This document shows, one piece after another, positions 13,015-23,824 of a stretch of DNA of 64,000 nucleotides. Positions within the stretch are counted from its first letter, which is position 1, and each line of letters opens with the position of its first letter. Under the pieces are notes generated by a model. That model ran no database searches and was not told the DNA's origin. It saw nothing but the letters and a program-made list of their open reading frames with translations. The stretch is from the NCBI GenBank assembly GCA_965178125.1, contig OZ237756.1, positions 868,001 to 932,000 on the forward strand, read 5' to 3'. The translations under genes were made by a program, and so were the position numbers. This DNA comes from Bilabrum cf. latius. Its lineage: Eukaryota.

Positions 13015-13127
13015 GCCGAAGATGGGCTTCAGCTGCCTCATCTCCCAGGCCTGCTTGTCAACGAAATCTTGCCTCGACATCTCAAATACCTCGGCCGGGT
13101 GTACATTCGGAGGTATTCCTCCTTCCG
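13015..13127 (-). pseudogene. Frameshifted, degenerate villin-headpiece remnant
   Basis: RKEEYL/(-1 nt)/NVHPAEVFEMSRQDFVDKQAWEMRQLKPIFG aligns codon by codon to the intact headpiece at 14812..14940. Confidence 0.55.
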
Positions 13128-14581
13128 GCGAGCAAGGCATTGATCCGTGCAGCCACCGCATCGGTACCCCCCTCATCCGGGTGCGGTGTGACGAGTATCC
13201 TATCGATGGGTCCCGACCCGCAACCCAGGCAACCCGCCTCAACCTACCCACCCCCTTCCGCCCGCCACTTTGACCACTCCCTCGCGTACTGCGATCGTGG
13301 AAACTCGTCGCTCAGGTCTTCCAGCGACACGTTGACGCGGTACTCGTCATACAGCTCGGGCCTCACCATTGGACGCAGCTCCAGCACCAGGTGCTGCCCC
13401 GCCGGCCCAAAGTCGGCACAGAAGCACTCGTCGGTGCAAGAGAACAGGCCAAGGAAGGAGCCCACAGCCTGGATGATTACCCTACCACCTGTCGTATGCG
13501 GTGACCAAGTCCCATTTTGACCACCCCCTCTCCGTGTTTGGCCACCCTCCAGCCGCTCCCACCGCCCAGAGTCCCCCGTTCCATCGCTAGCCCCACCACC
13601 ACCGCCGTTGCTGCCCCTCCACAGGCATGCCAGGGAACAACAGCCCCCGCACGCTCCCCGACCAAGCCCGGCCCGCGCCATGTCTCGGCCCGTTGCAGTC
13701 CTGGCAGAGACCAGCAGCCTCTCGCTGAGCATGGGGGACCAGGCAGAGTCGCAGGCCATGAGATGAGACACGCATGGCACACGCCCGCACATCACGCCGG
13801 TTGCGGAACCGGGCGCCGCGCCGAGGTCCCCGCGGTGCACTGGGAGGATCTTGTTCGGCTTGAATCGGGGGGGCAGGCGAACCCACTCGTCACTCGCGTC
13901 TGGACGCGTGCGAGGACTGCAGCATACGCATTCTCGTCGCCTGGCCTCCCGCCACTCTTCCAGCGTCAACGCCGCGCGAGCAGCTGCCCGGGCATCCAAC
14001 TCCGCCTCCCCATTGGGATGGGCCGCAGAGGTGATACCGCGTCCTATGCCGAATGCGCCACCGGCAAATCGTAACCTGCGGCCATACTGCAGCATCAGAA
14101 ACAGCGCCAGTAATCCAAACGTAAGTCCAGTGAAGCCTGATATGGTCGTGATAGACCAATAGGCTACATATTCGCAGTCCTGGCGAAGCTGGGCATCGGC
14201 GTCGTCGTCCCTCGAATAAAAGTCGTCGTTGCCTTCTCCATCGCCGCGCTTTGGGCATGCCCTTCCATCGCTACCATGGCTTGGCTTCGGGTATTTCTTG
14301 GCGAGCAATGGGCTGGTAATGATGGATGCGGTGCCTCCCAGCATCAACACAGTTGCAAGTACTATTAAACAGAGTTGCCGGCCCCTTGGCTCTGCCAGTT
14401 TTAGATCGATAGAAGCTTTTGTTTCAAAGAATCGTGCCTTTGAGACATGATAGTCTTTAATGGCCAAACTTCGATGCAGTAAGAGGGTGCCACCCACAGA
14501 TCTGATGTTGCTGACCGCGTCCAGCCTTTGATCGCTCTAGAGTGACACGCAGGGCGCAGCTGCCGGGCCAGGACGCTGCAT
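13082..14581 (-). CDS. Hypothetical membrane protein with two predicted TM helices
   Basis: ORF 13244..14497 extends through TAGs at 14537 and 13244 to TGA 13082. Hydrophobic segments LCLIVLATVLMLGGTASIITSPLL and ISGFTGLTFGLLALFLML. Start uncertain. Confidence 0.6.
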
Positions 14582-14811
14582 AAAGTAGTCACTACGTTTG
14601 GTGCTCAAGCTTGATAGCTTCAGGTGCGGGGTGATTGTTGTGGTGTGTTGGCGAAGGCAAACGAGCAACGACGGAACCTTCGGCGCAGCGTCCAGGAAAC
14701 GCCGCGGAAATCTGAGCTTGGATCCTCATTGCAGTAGCCTGTCAAACGGGTGTGCAGGCATGAAAGTCAGGAATGATTGCTCCAAATCTACCTACAGTAC
14801 ATCGATTCAAA

Positions 14812-14975
14812 TCAGAAGAGGCCGACGGCTTTCTTCAGCTATGCTCTCTTCCATGGCTTCTCCTCGGCGAACTCCTTCCGCGACATCCCGAACACCTCGG
14901 CGAAATCCGCATCCGTGAGGTACTCCTCCTTCCGCGAGAAATCAATTTCCAGGTCACCACCTCCTTTGGCGTCCC
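14812..14975 (-). CDS. Villin headpiece (VHP) domain exon; probably the terminal exon of kinase-ARM gene A, or an orphan fragment
   Basis: IDFSRKEEYLTDADFAEVFGMSRKEFAEEKPWKRA*LKKAVGLF-TGA matches the headpiece consensus YLSDEDFxxVFGMxRxxFxxLPxWKQxxLKKxxGLF-stop. TAG at 14839. Confidence 0.8.
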
Positions 14976-15042
14976 TAAGGATGGCTACATCCAATCGTGG
15001 GTAGTATGCTCAGCCTGTCCAATCTAGTACCTTACATGACTC

Positions 15043-18000
15043 TCAGATGACGTTATACTGCTTTAGGCCAACAGATCTCACTGCAACAGTCTACAGCACC
15101 CATGCTGCACGCTCAGCCTCCTTGGCATTGCTCGTCCTCAGGAGTGCCATCAGCCCAGGCAGTGCGCCTGCATCCACCACGGCCTGCCTTCGGTCCTCCG
15201 ATCCGAGAGCGATGTTCCCAAGTGCCAACGCAGCATACTCGGCCTCCTTGCCCTTGCCCGACTCAAGAAGGCCCACCAGCCCAGGCAGTGCGCCTGCATC
15301 CACCACGGCCTGCCTTCGGTCCTCCGATCCGAGAGCGATGTTTTTAAGCGCCCCTGCAGCATACTCGGCCTCCTTGCCCTTGCTCGACCTCAGGAGTCCT
15401 ACCAGCCCAGGCAGTGCGCCTGCATCCACCACGGCCTGCCTTCGGTCCTCCGATCCAAGAGCGATGCATTTAAGCGCCCCTGCAGCATACTTGGCCTCCT
15501 TGCCCTTGCCCGACCCAAGAAGGCCCACAAGCCCAGGTAGTGCACCTGCATCCACCACGGCCTGCTATTGGCCATCAGATCCCGCTGCGACAGTCTACAG
15601 CACCCATGCTGCACGCTCAGCCTCCTTGGCCTTACCCGAGCCAAGAAGGCCCACCAGCCCAGGCAGTGCGCCCACATCCAACACAGCCTGCATTTGGCCT
15701 TCAGATCCGAGAGCGATGTTCCCAAGTGCCAAAGCAGCATACTCAGCCTCCTTGCCCTTGCCCGACTCAAGAAGGCCCACTAGCCCAGGCAGCGCACCTG
15801 TATTCACCACGGCCTGCCTTCGGTCCTCCGATCCAAGAGCGATGTTTTTAAGCGCCCCTGCAGCATACTCGGCCTCCTTGCCCTTGCTCGACCTCAGGAG
15901 TCCAACCAGCCCAAGCAGCGCTCCTGCATCTATTACGGCCTGTTTTCGGTCCTCCGATCCACTAACGATAGTCCACAGTGCACCTGCAGCATACTCGGCC
16001 TCCTTGCCCTTGCTCGACCTCAAGAGACCCACAAGCCGAGGTAGTGCACCTTCATCCATCACGGCCTGTTTTCGGCCTTCCGATCCAAGAGCGACAGTCT
16101 ACAGCGCCCCCGCAGCTCGCTCGGCCTGCTTACCCTTGTCGGATACCAGCAGGTCCACAAGCCGAGGCAGCGCACCAGCATCCACGAATCGGGTTCGTGC
16201 TTGGTCGCTCCCGTAGCACGTTTGCCAGACTACAAATGCCGCCGTTTCTGCAGTCATGCCGTCTTCAGAACTCAGTCTCTTCACGATTCTCTCCAGCTCG
16301 CCGTTGTTCGATAGAATGTAATCTACAATGCCAGTCCGAATATCATCCTCCCAATGCTGAGCATTGGCATCGCATTTACCGCGGCTAGGGATTCCCTCGA
16401 TTCGCAGATGCTACAGCACACGGTTCACCCCATCCCAGTCCCCATTCGATTTCAGCTCCTCGGCCAATTCCCTGCTTCTACTTACCGCTGGCTCGCACTC
16501 AGCACCACCAGCAGGTAAATCAGGCAGCAGAGTACTGGTGTCAGCGTTTTCAGCAATAGCTGCACTAGTGTTGGCCATTGCAAGCGTGCTCTCAATGGAT
16601 GACCCGAGTTCGGCCAATGTGACAGGAGAACTGCCACGCGTGTTCGAGCCGAGCTGTTTCGGAAGGAGCGGACCAAGAAACAACAGGCCACACGCGAACA
16701 GCAAGGTTGAGATGGCAGCGCACCAGCGCACTCTCGTCTGTGTGCCTGCTGGCGGTGCTGGCGGTGCTGGCGGTGCTGGCGGTGCTGGCGGTGCTGGCGG
16801 TGCTGGCGGTGCTGGCGGTGCTGGCGGTGCTGGCGGTGCTGACGGTACGGATCGCACCGAAGTCGTGGGAGGCACCGGCGAGAGAGGTCTATCAGATCGC
16901 AGCACACGCACCGCCTCCTCAACATCCATCCTGTCATCAGGGTCGATACACAGTAGGCCACGCACCATGTCGGCATACCACCCAGGACGATTGGACATCA
17001 TGCCGCGACCATCCATGGTAGCACCGCATGACTGCAGTGTAACTGCCAGCTACCCAGGCCTGGGCGTGCTCCCATCCTGCAGCTCACCAGGATACGAGTC
17101 GCCGAACGGGTGCTGCCCTCCCGTGGCCAGCTCGTGCAACAGCACACCCAGCTCCCATGATGCCTACTTCCCAAATGGTACCTCGGCTGTGTCGTCTCCT
17201 GCCGCCCCCCTGTTCCACCCGTCCAGCACCTCAGGGGCCAGGTGGGCCTGGTTGCCGCCCAGCCCGTCACCGGTTGCCCGGAGATATCTGAAGGTGACCT
17301 GATTCAGTGCCTCCTGGACACGGGCGGATGCAGGCAGAGTGGTTGCCCCACCAGCGGCCGAAGCTGCAGCAGAGATAGCTGAGGATGCTACATCTCCATC
17401 TGCATGCACGCGCAGCGAGCACCCGAAGTCGATCAGCACCGCCCGACCCACGCCCTCCGGACCCCCCTTCGAGTCCCACATCACGTTGTCCAGCTTCAGG
17501 TCACGGTGCACCACCCCGTGCTGCAGCAGGTGATGCACGCCATCCGCGATGTCGCTGGACAACTGCACAAGCACATCGTCAGGCATGGACCCCGGCTCAT
17601 CTCCTTCCACGATTTCCAAATGGTCGCACATGCGCCTCTGCAGCAGCTCCATGCCCACCATCTGGGCCTTGCGGGGCCGCAGAGGGGTGGCACCAGCGGA
17701 TGGTATGCCTTCTCTTGCATCATCATCATCATCGTCGCCACCGTCAATACACACCAGCCTTGCCTCAGACAGCCTGAGGGTCTTCACCATCCACAGGGGC
17801 GGCTCGCGGACGCACTCGAATAGGACGCGAGCCACGTTGCGGTGCTCGGGTAGGCGAGTGAGCACATCGAACTCTTTCTGGGAATCGATGGTTTCGACCT
17901 TTGACGTGGTCAGACCGTAATTGAATACAGTCTTGACTGCGATGTAGTCAAACGCTGGTGCACCATCGCTGGCCCCGGCATCTGTGGCACTTGCGGGAAT

Positions 18001-18225
18001 CGCCACTCTGTAGACAGCACCGAATCCGCCGCGCCCCAGCAAGACTCTCCCCCTTGCAGGTTTTACGCATTGAGCACACAGAATCATTGAAAATTGACGA
18101 CGCTGTACCGTGGTACCAGATTGTGTCATACGATATACCTCAATCACGCTCGCGGGAAGCTGGGGAGCGGGCATTAGCCAGGGATCGCTCTCACCGGCGC
18201 TACTGACAGGACCAATTGATGACAT
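15043..18225 (-). CDS. Kinase-ARM paralog A: PINK1-like Ser/Thr kinase + (APP)n + putative TM + ~9 armadillo repeats
   Basis: Motifs LGRGGFGAVY, IAVK, HRDLKLDNVM, LIDFG, GGNQAHLAPEVL, then 42-aa ARM repeats (AVVDAGALPGLVGLL..AAGALxNIA). Single frame with TAG at 17164, 17050, 16411, 16099, 15595, 15565 and 15091; first TGA at 15043. Confidence 0.85.
15060..16200. repeat. 126-bp ARM-coding tandem repeats with a 504-bp higher-order unit
   Basis: Near-identical 126-bp units; equivalent TAGs recur at 15091, 15595 and 16099 (spacing 504 = 4x126). Confidence 0.9.
16747..16840. repeat. 9-bp tandem repeat (tgctggcgg)x~10 encoding (APP)n
   Basis: Perfect array visible in the sequence; absent from paralog B. 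Confidence 0.95.
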
Positions 18226-18389
18226 TAGAAACAATACTGTGAACTACGATTTCCTTTGGAGCACTCCGGAGTTCAGCAAGAAACCAGGACCGAAATATGC
18301 AACTCTACTCCAGACCAGACCTGCTCCAGACTGGACAATCACGATTTTATCACAATTGCACGTCACAATGCTTTAGTAGTTTTTGCGGC

Positions 18390-18876
18390 AACTTACCGGT
18401 GGGACCGCTCGTCGTGGAGGATTGGCAGCGACTGGCAAGAGGGGTCTGCTTTGCGGGCCGCGCATGCCACGAAGCTGGCCACTGGCAGCTACGGCAGGCC
18501 CGTCGACCTCGGAGCGCTCGGCGTCCGGATCGGAGGAGAAGACAAGTGGTGTCCTGGGACCGTGAGGACGCAGAAAGGGGCGGTACTCAGTGGCGTGCGG
18601 GTCGTACCCTTTGTGGTGGACGTGTTGGGGGGGATCGGGGAGAAGTCGGTCGAGTTCCTGTAGGTGCTCGATAAGCTGCGGAAGAAGAGGTAGGAGGACA
18701 AAGGGCGGCGGGTTTCGACTCGTCCGGCCAACGCGCGCCTCTCGTGGTCTTCTGTGGCAAAGGCTCGCCTCTCCGTTGCCGCCTAGCACTAGCAAAAGTG
18801 GACATGGTGGACGGGGTGGATGAAGCGGGAGGCGCAGACAGGGCAGGAATGTGGGAAGGGGGCGGTGGGGACCTGA
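18390..18876 (+). mobile_element. Probable 3' fragment of a non-LTR retrotransposon (restriction-like endonuclease C-terminus)
   Basis: GSALRAAHATKLATGSY...VVPFVVDVLGGIGEKSVEFL*VLDKL...ARLSVAA*H resembles the RLE tail (AxxAxxxKxxxY...FxPxVVExxGGxGxxAxxFL...RLSVAxQxxN). No RT is present; it lies antisense between the two kinase paralogs. Confidence 0.5.
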
Positions 18877-19100
18877 GGGGTTCATGGGTTACGATTGGTG
18901 CTATAAGGAGACAGAGTCTGACTCATCGGATTCGTTGTTGACGTCAAATGAGATGATAAGCGTCTGTGCGATGAGGCACCAGCAGAGGGCACTCGTGCGA
19001 CAGAATCACCATGTATCCGAGTCCTCGCGGTAACCCAATCAATTAAATCCATGATATCACTAGCACGGCACACTGCTGGCCACCACCCAGGCCGTGCACA

Positions 19101-22100
19101 TCACTCTATACCTAATGCTTCCAGAGCCGTTCTTGCCTTCTCCGATTCAGGGCCCTAGGCAGAGCTCCTTAGAATGCCGCGTGGACGGATGCCGCCTGCA
19201 TAGACCAGCGGGCCACTCGTCACACGCGATCTTGATTTTCGCGGTTTCCCAAAGTCCCGCAGTCGCCTCAGAGGGGCCACTGCACCTGCATCCACAATGG
19301 CCTGCTTCAGCAGGCCATGAGATCCTTTCGCAATACTACGGAGTGTCCACGCCGCGTGCATGGCTTCATCATCTTTACTCGAGCTTAGCAGGTTCACCAG
19401 CCTGGGCAGCGCACCTGCATCCACAACGGCCTGCTTCGTACGATCCGACCAACTGGCAGCGTTGCGCAGCGCCGCCGCCGCCGCCTCAGTGCCACGGCCC
19501 TTGTCCGATCTCAGCAGCCCAACCAGTCCAGGCAGTGCACCTGCGTCCATCACAGCTTGGACCAGCTCCTCCGATCCAGTAGCGATGTTCGCAAATGCAA
19601 ACGCCGCATTCCCAGCCTCGTTGCCCTTGTCCGATCCCAGCAAGACTACCAGCCCATGCAGAGCACCGGTGCCTACCACGGTCTACTTTAGCTCGCGCGG
19701 CCCCTTAGAAATCCTAGACATCGCCGCGGCCGCGTACTCAGCCTCGATTTCTCTCTCCGACCTCAGAAGGCCCACCAGCCCAGGCAGCGCACCTGCATTC
19801 ACAACGGCCGTTTTGAGGCCATCCGACCCAAGAAGAATATGCGCTAGTACTCCCAAGGCAGGCCCAGGCCTAGCTGCATGGTCAGCATCCGACCCCAGCA
19901 AGCCCACAAGACCAGGCAGCGCACCTGCATCTACGATAGCCTGCTTCAGGACGTCTCGCCCGGCAGCAATGTTCTGTAGCGCCCATGCCGCATTTTCGGC
20001 TTTGTCGCTGGTGGCCGACCCCAGCAAGCCCACAAGACCAGGCAGCGCACCTGCATCTACGATAGCCTGCTTCAGGACGTCTCGCCCGGCAGCGATATTC
20101 CGCAACACCTAGGCCGCATTTTCGGCTTTGTCGCTGGTGGTCGACCCCAGCAAGCCCACAAGACCAGGCAGCGCACCTGCACTCACGATGGCCAGCTTCA
20201 GGACGTCTGGCCCGGCAGCGATATTCCGCAACACCTAGGCCGCATTTTCGGCTTTGTCGCTGGTGGTCGACCCCAGCAAGCCCACAAGACCAGGCAGCGC
20301 ACCTGCACTCACGATGGCCTGCTTCAGGACGTCTGGCCCCGCAGCGATATTCCGCAACACCTAGGCCGCATTTTCGGCTTTGTCGCTGGTGGTCGACCCC
20401 AGCAAGCCCACAAGACCAGGCAGCGCACCTGCACTCACGATGGCCTGCTTCAGGACGTCTGGCCCCGCAGCGATATTCCGCACTGCCTTTGCCGCATTCT
20501 CGGCCTCCTTGCCCTTGTCCCATGATAGAAGGCTTACCAGCCCAGGCAGCGCACCTGCATCCACAAACATGCTCTGGGAAGCAGAATCTAAGGACGTCTG
20601 CCACACGATAAATGCCCCTATCAGTGCATCCGTTTCACGCTCTGTCCCGAGGCTCTCTGCTATCCTCTATATCTCGCCAGGATCGCACAGCACGTGCTTT
20701 TCGACATTGCTGCGGATTTCATTCAACAGCTGCTTTGAGACACCAGGCAACTGATCGGTCGAACGGATGCCCGACTCCACCCGCAGCTGCCAAAGCACTC
20801 GGTACACCCCATCCCAGTCCCCCTTTGATTGCAGTCCATCCACCAGCGCCCTGATCCTGACCACCGCTGATTCGCACTCCTCGCCCCCAGCAAGCAACGC
20901 AGGCAGCATGGCGCGGACGTCAGTATCTGGTCGAGTCCCCCTCTTGGATGTCCCACCAGATCGCAGCACACGCACCGCCTCCTCAACATCCATCCTGTCA
21001 TCAGGGTCGATACAAAGCAGCTCATGGACCATTATGATGTACCACCCCGGGCGCTTCAGCAATACATCATGATTTACAAATGGAGCCACACATGCATGCA
21101 ATGCAGCTGCCAGCTCTCCTGGTTTAGTCTTGGTGCCCTCCTGCAGTTCAGCAGGGTACGAGTCCCCAAACGGGTGCTTCCCTCCAGTGGCCAGCTCGTA
21201 CAGCAGCACACCAAGCGCCCATGAGGCTTGCTTCCCAAATGGTACCTCGGCTGTGTCGTCTCCTGCCGCCCCCCTGTTCCACCCGTCCAGCACCTCAGGG
21301 GCCAGATGGGCCTGGTTGCCGCCCAGCCCGGCACCGCCATACTTCAGCTCCCGGTACGTGACCAGGTCCAGCGCATCCTACACAGCGGATGCTTGCGGCG
21401 TATCAGCACCACTGGCTGTAGCAGCAGCGGGGTCGGCTGATACAGCAGCTCCATCTGCATGCACGCGCAGCGAGCACCCCAAGTCGATCAGCACCGCACG
21501 ACCCACGCCCTCCGGACCCCCCTTCGAGTCCCACATCACGTTGTCCAGCTTCAGGTCACGGTGCACCACCCCGTGCTGCAGCAGGTGATGCACGCCATCC
21601 GCGATGTCGCTGGACAACTGCACAAGCACATCGTCAGGCATGGACCCCGGCTCATCTCCTTCCATTGCCTGCAAATGGTCGCACATGCGCCTCTGCAGCA
21701 GCTCCATGCCCACCATCTGGGCCTTGCGGGGCCGCAAGGGGGCGGCGCCATCGGACGGTACACCTTCTCCGCCATCGGCATCATCGCCGTCAGTGTCAAT
21801 GCACACCAAACTCGGATCAGGCATCATCTCCACCATCCACAGGGGAGGCTCACACACGCACTCGAATAGGACACGAACCAAGTTGCGGTGCTCGGGTAGG
21901 CGAGCGAGCACATCGAACTCTTTCTGGGAATCGATGGTTTCGAGCTTAGAAGTGGACATAGCCCAGTTGAAAACGGTCTTGACTGCAATTTGATCGGTAT
22001 CTGGTTGCGCCTCCCCCGTTGAATCGCCTCTTTCTTGTGAAATTGCAGCGCGAAAGACGGTACGCTACCCTGCTCGCCAAAGTGTCACAGGTTCACCAGC

Positions 22101-22292
22101 TGGCTTCTCGCACATATCAACTATATGTTTGCCTTGCTATCGTCTCTGTTCGGTAGTCCCTGATTTTGTTATGCTGTAGACCTCGATCACGCTGGGAGGC
22201 AGCTTGGGTGGAACTTCCTGTAGCCTTGGCTCGCTTGTTGAATCTCCACCTTCGCCTGCCCCACTAGCCGGTGGCGATCCAGAAGAGTACAT
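19101..22292 (-). CDS. Kinase-ARM paralog B: PINK1-like kinase with degenerate Gly-loop + ~10 armadillo repeats
   Basis: Single frame from ATG 22292 to TGA 19101 with TAG at 22137, 22065, 21378, 20667, 20361, 20235, 20109, 19683 and 19155. The kinase core is nearly identical in DNA to paralog A; the Gly-loop reads LWRAG*RTVF and DFG is DLG. Confidence 0.85.
19270..20570. repeat. 126-bp ARM-coding tandem repeats
   Basis: Units at ~19890..20490 are almost identical (TAGs at 20109, 20235 and 20361 are spaced exactly 126 bp). Confidence 0.9.
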
Positions 22293-22644
22293 TCTCTTTA
22301 ATTTACTCAGCAAGTCCTGCAGGCTTGGTCAAAACTGAGAGCGTCTATGCGCGCGAGTCGTGTTTTGCAACAATTATATTTGTGTTTCAATCTACACGCT
22401 ACCAAATTCTACCCCGAAGGCCGCCTTTCGAGATCAGCGAGGAGCAGCAGGAAGGATCTCTGTAACCGGTGAGTCTCTCAACCGATCGTAAAACTAAAGC
22501 TACACGCACCGTACTATGCAAAATGCAGTGTAATATGTGCTCTCTGTCCCATGCGCACGGATTGCTCGTTCACTGGCCATGGAGCGCGAAGCAGCGCAAA
22601 GGTAAGCTGGTGCAACAGAAAACTAACGCAGACCCCGATCATAT

Positions 22645-23323
22645 TCAGCTCCCAGCACTGCTTCCGTCGCCCCCGCCAGCAGCTCCCCACTCGTCATCAT
22701 CACCCTCTCCGTCCTCACTCCCGTCGGAGAGCCCGCTCAATTCGGAGTCCGAGAGAACGGGGGCAGACGCACCGCCACTGGCACCTTCAAGCCCCCCATC
22801 GGCCTCCCCATCGCTAAGCCGGTCATCCTCTGCATCTGCCGCCGTGTCTGCCGCGGCCCTGACTCCATCCTTTGCTGACGCTCCTCCTGCAGTAGCCCCT
22901 TCCGATCCCGGTCCAGGTGCATTTCCCAGCTTTGCCGCCCGTTTTCGTTTCTGAAGGCCCTTATACGCGCCGAGGCAATCGTTCAAATCAGGCATAATCT
23001 GTATCAAGCCGGTACTCCTGGCCGCTGAAATCACATCCGCACCAGATATCGTGGACCGCTTCGATTGCTTTGCGCGATCATTTGCTCTGCGTTTTGGTGA
23101 TGCTATAAAATCAAAGCATACAAATACCACAAGATACATTCAACACACACACGACCAAAGTACTGCACGCTCGCTCTTACGCATCCAGGAGAAATAGTAG
23201 TGACACAACAGCGGCAGTATTCAGGTCTTTTTTAGCATTGGAAGCAAAACTGTTGCGCAAACCCTATCGCTATATCAGTCTATTTATACTAGCCGCGGGT
23301 AGCTCTACGTCTTCTGCCTACAT
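22645..23323 (-). CDS. POLE3: Histone-fold protein, DNA polymerase epsilon subunit 3 / DPB4 / CHRAC17-like (intron 23087..23180)
   Basis: M*AEDVELPAASINRLI*R*GLRNSFASNAKKDLNTAAVVSLLFLLDA|ANDRAKQSKRSTISGADVISAA matches the NF-YB/POLE3 fold (EDLxLPxAxIxRII..ANxxAxxxKRKTLxxxDV); acidic tail. TAGs at 23318, 23270 and 23264; phase-2 GTAAGA..CGCAG intron. Confidence 0.75.
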
Positions 23324-23824
23324 CTCGCTTGTGTGAAAATATCTAATTTGAACAGCAACGAATCGTAACGAAGGTTCTATTGGTCGCAAATGTAGTGTAC
23401 GGAATCTGGTAATGCATCCACTCAACGAGGGACTTGAGTCCCACATCCGGTAGATCAAAGCCTGCTCTGGAAACGAAAGCATATAGTTTGTGCGCTTTTA
23501 GTACTTGCCAACGACCCGACCTTTCAGAGCGTAGCGGATCCGTGAATTAACCAGTCTGGGCTGCAGCGTAGATCCTCTCAACGACAACCTACTGGCTGTC
23601 ACTGCTGCGTGCCTATTGCGTCAGGGCTCTTGCAACTCGAAGGATCATAATATTCTCTAGATTTGCTTCACGTGCTGGTCAGAGCTACTTAGCACAGTTT
23701 ATACAAGTCGTTGTCCAGTCTCTTGTGTTTATTCGGATTGCACACAGAATCTCTTTCGGGGATACAGAGGAAGCCAGTGCCGCATCGTCGGAGCTACCAC
23801 AGAAATTAATAAATTGGTATTCAT

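Noticed and set aside
20109-20363. TAG=Trp, suggested by ENAA*VL versus ENAAWAL in ARM repeats
   Set aside because: The three sites are copies of one mutation, the column is variable (W, K, G, L, A, F), and conserved Trp residues elsewhere use TGG. Outweighed by the Gln evidence but kept as a caveat.
1-20570. CRISPR-like arrays in the 45-bp or 126-bp repeats
   Set aside because: Head-to-tail coding repeats without unique spacers, in a eukaryotic gene context with no cas genes.
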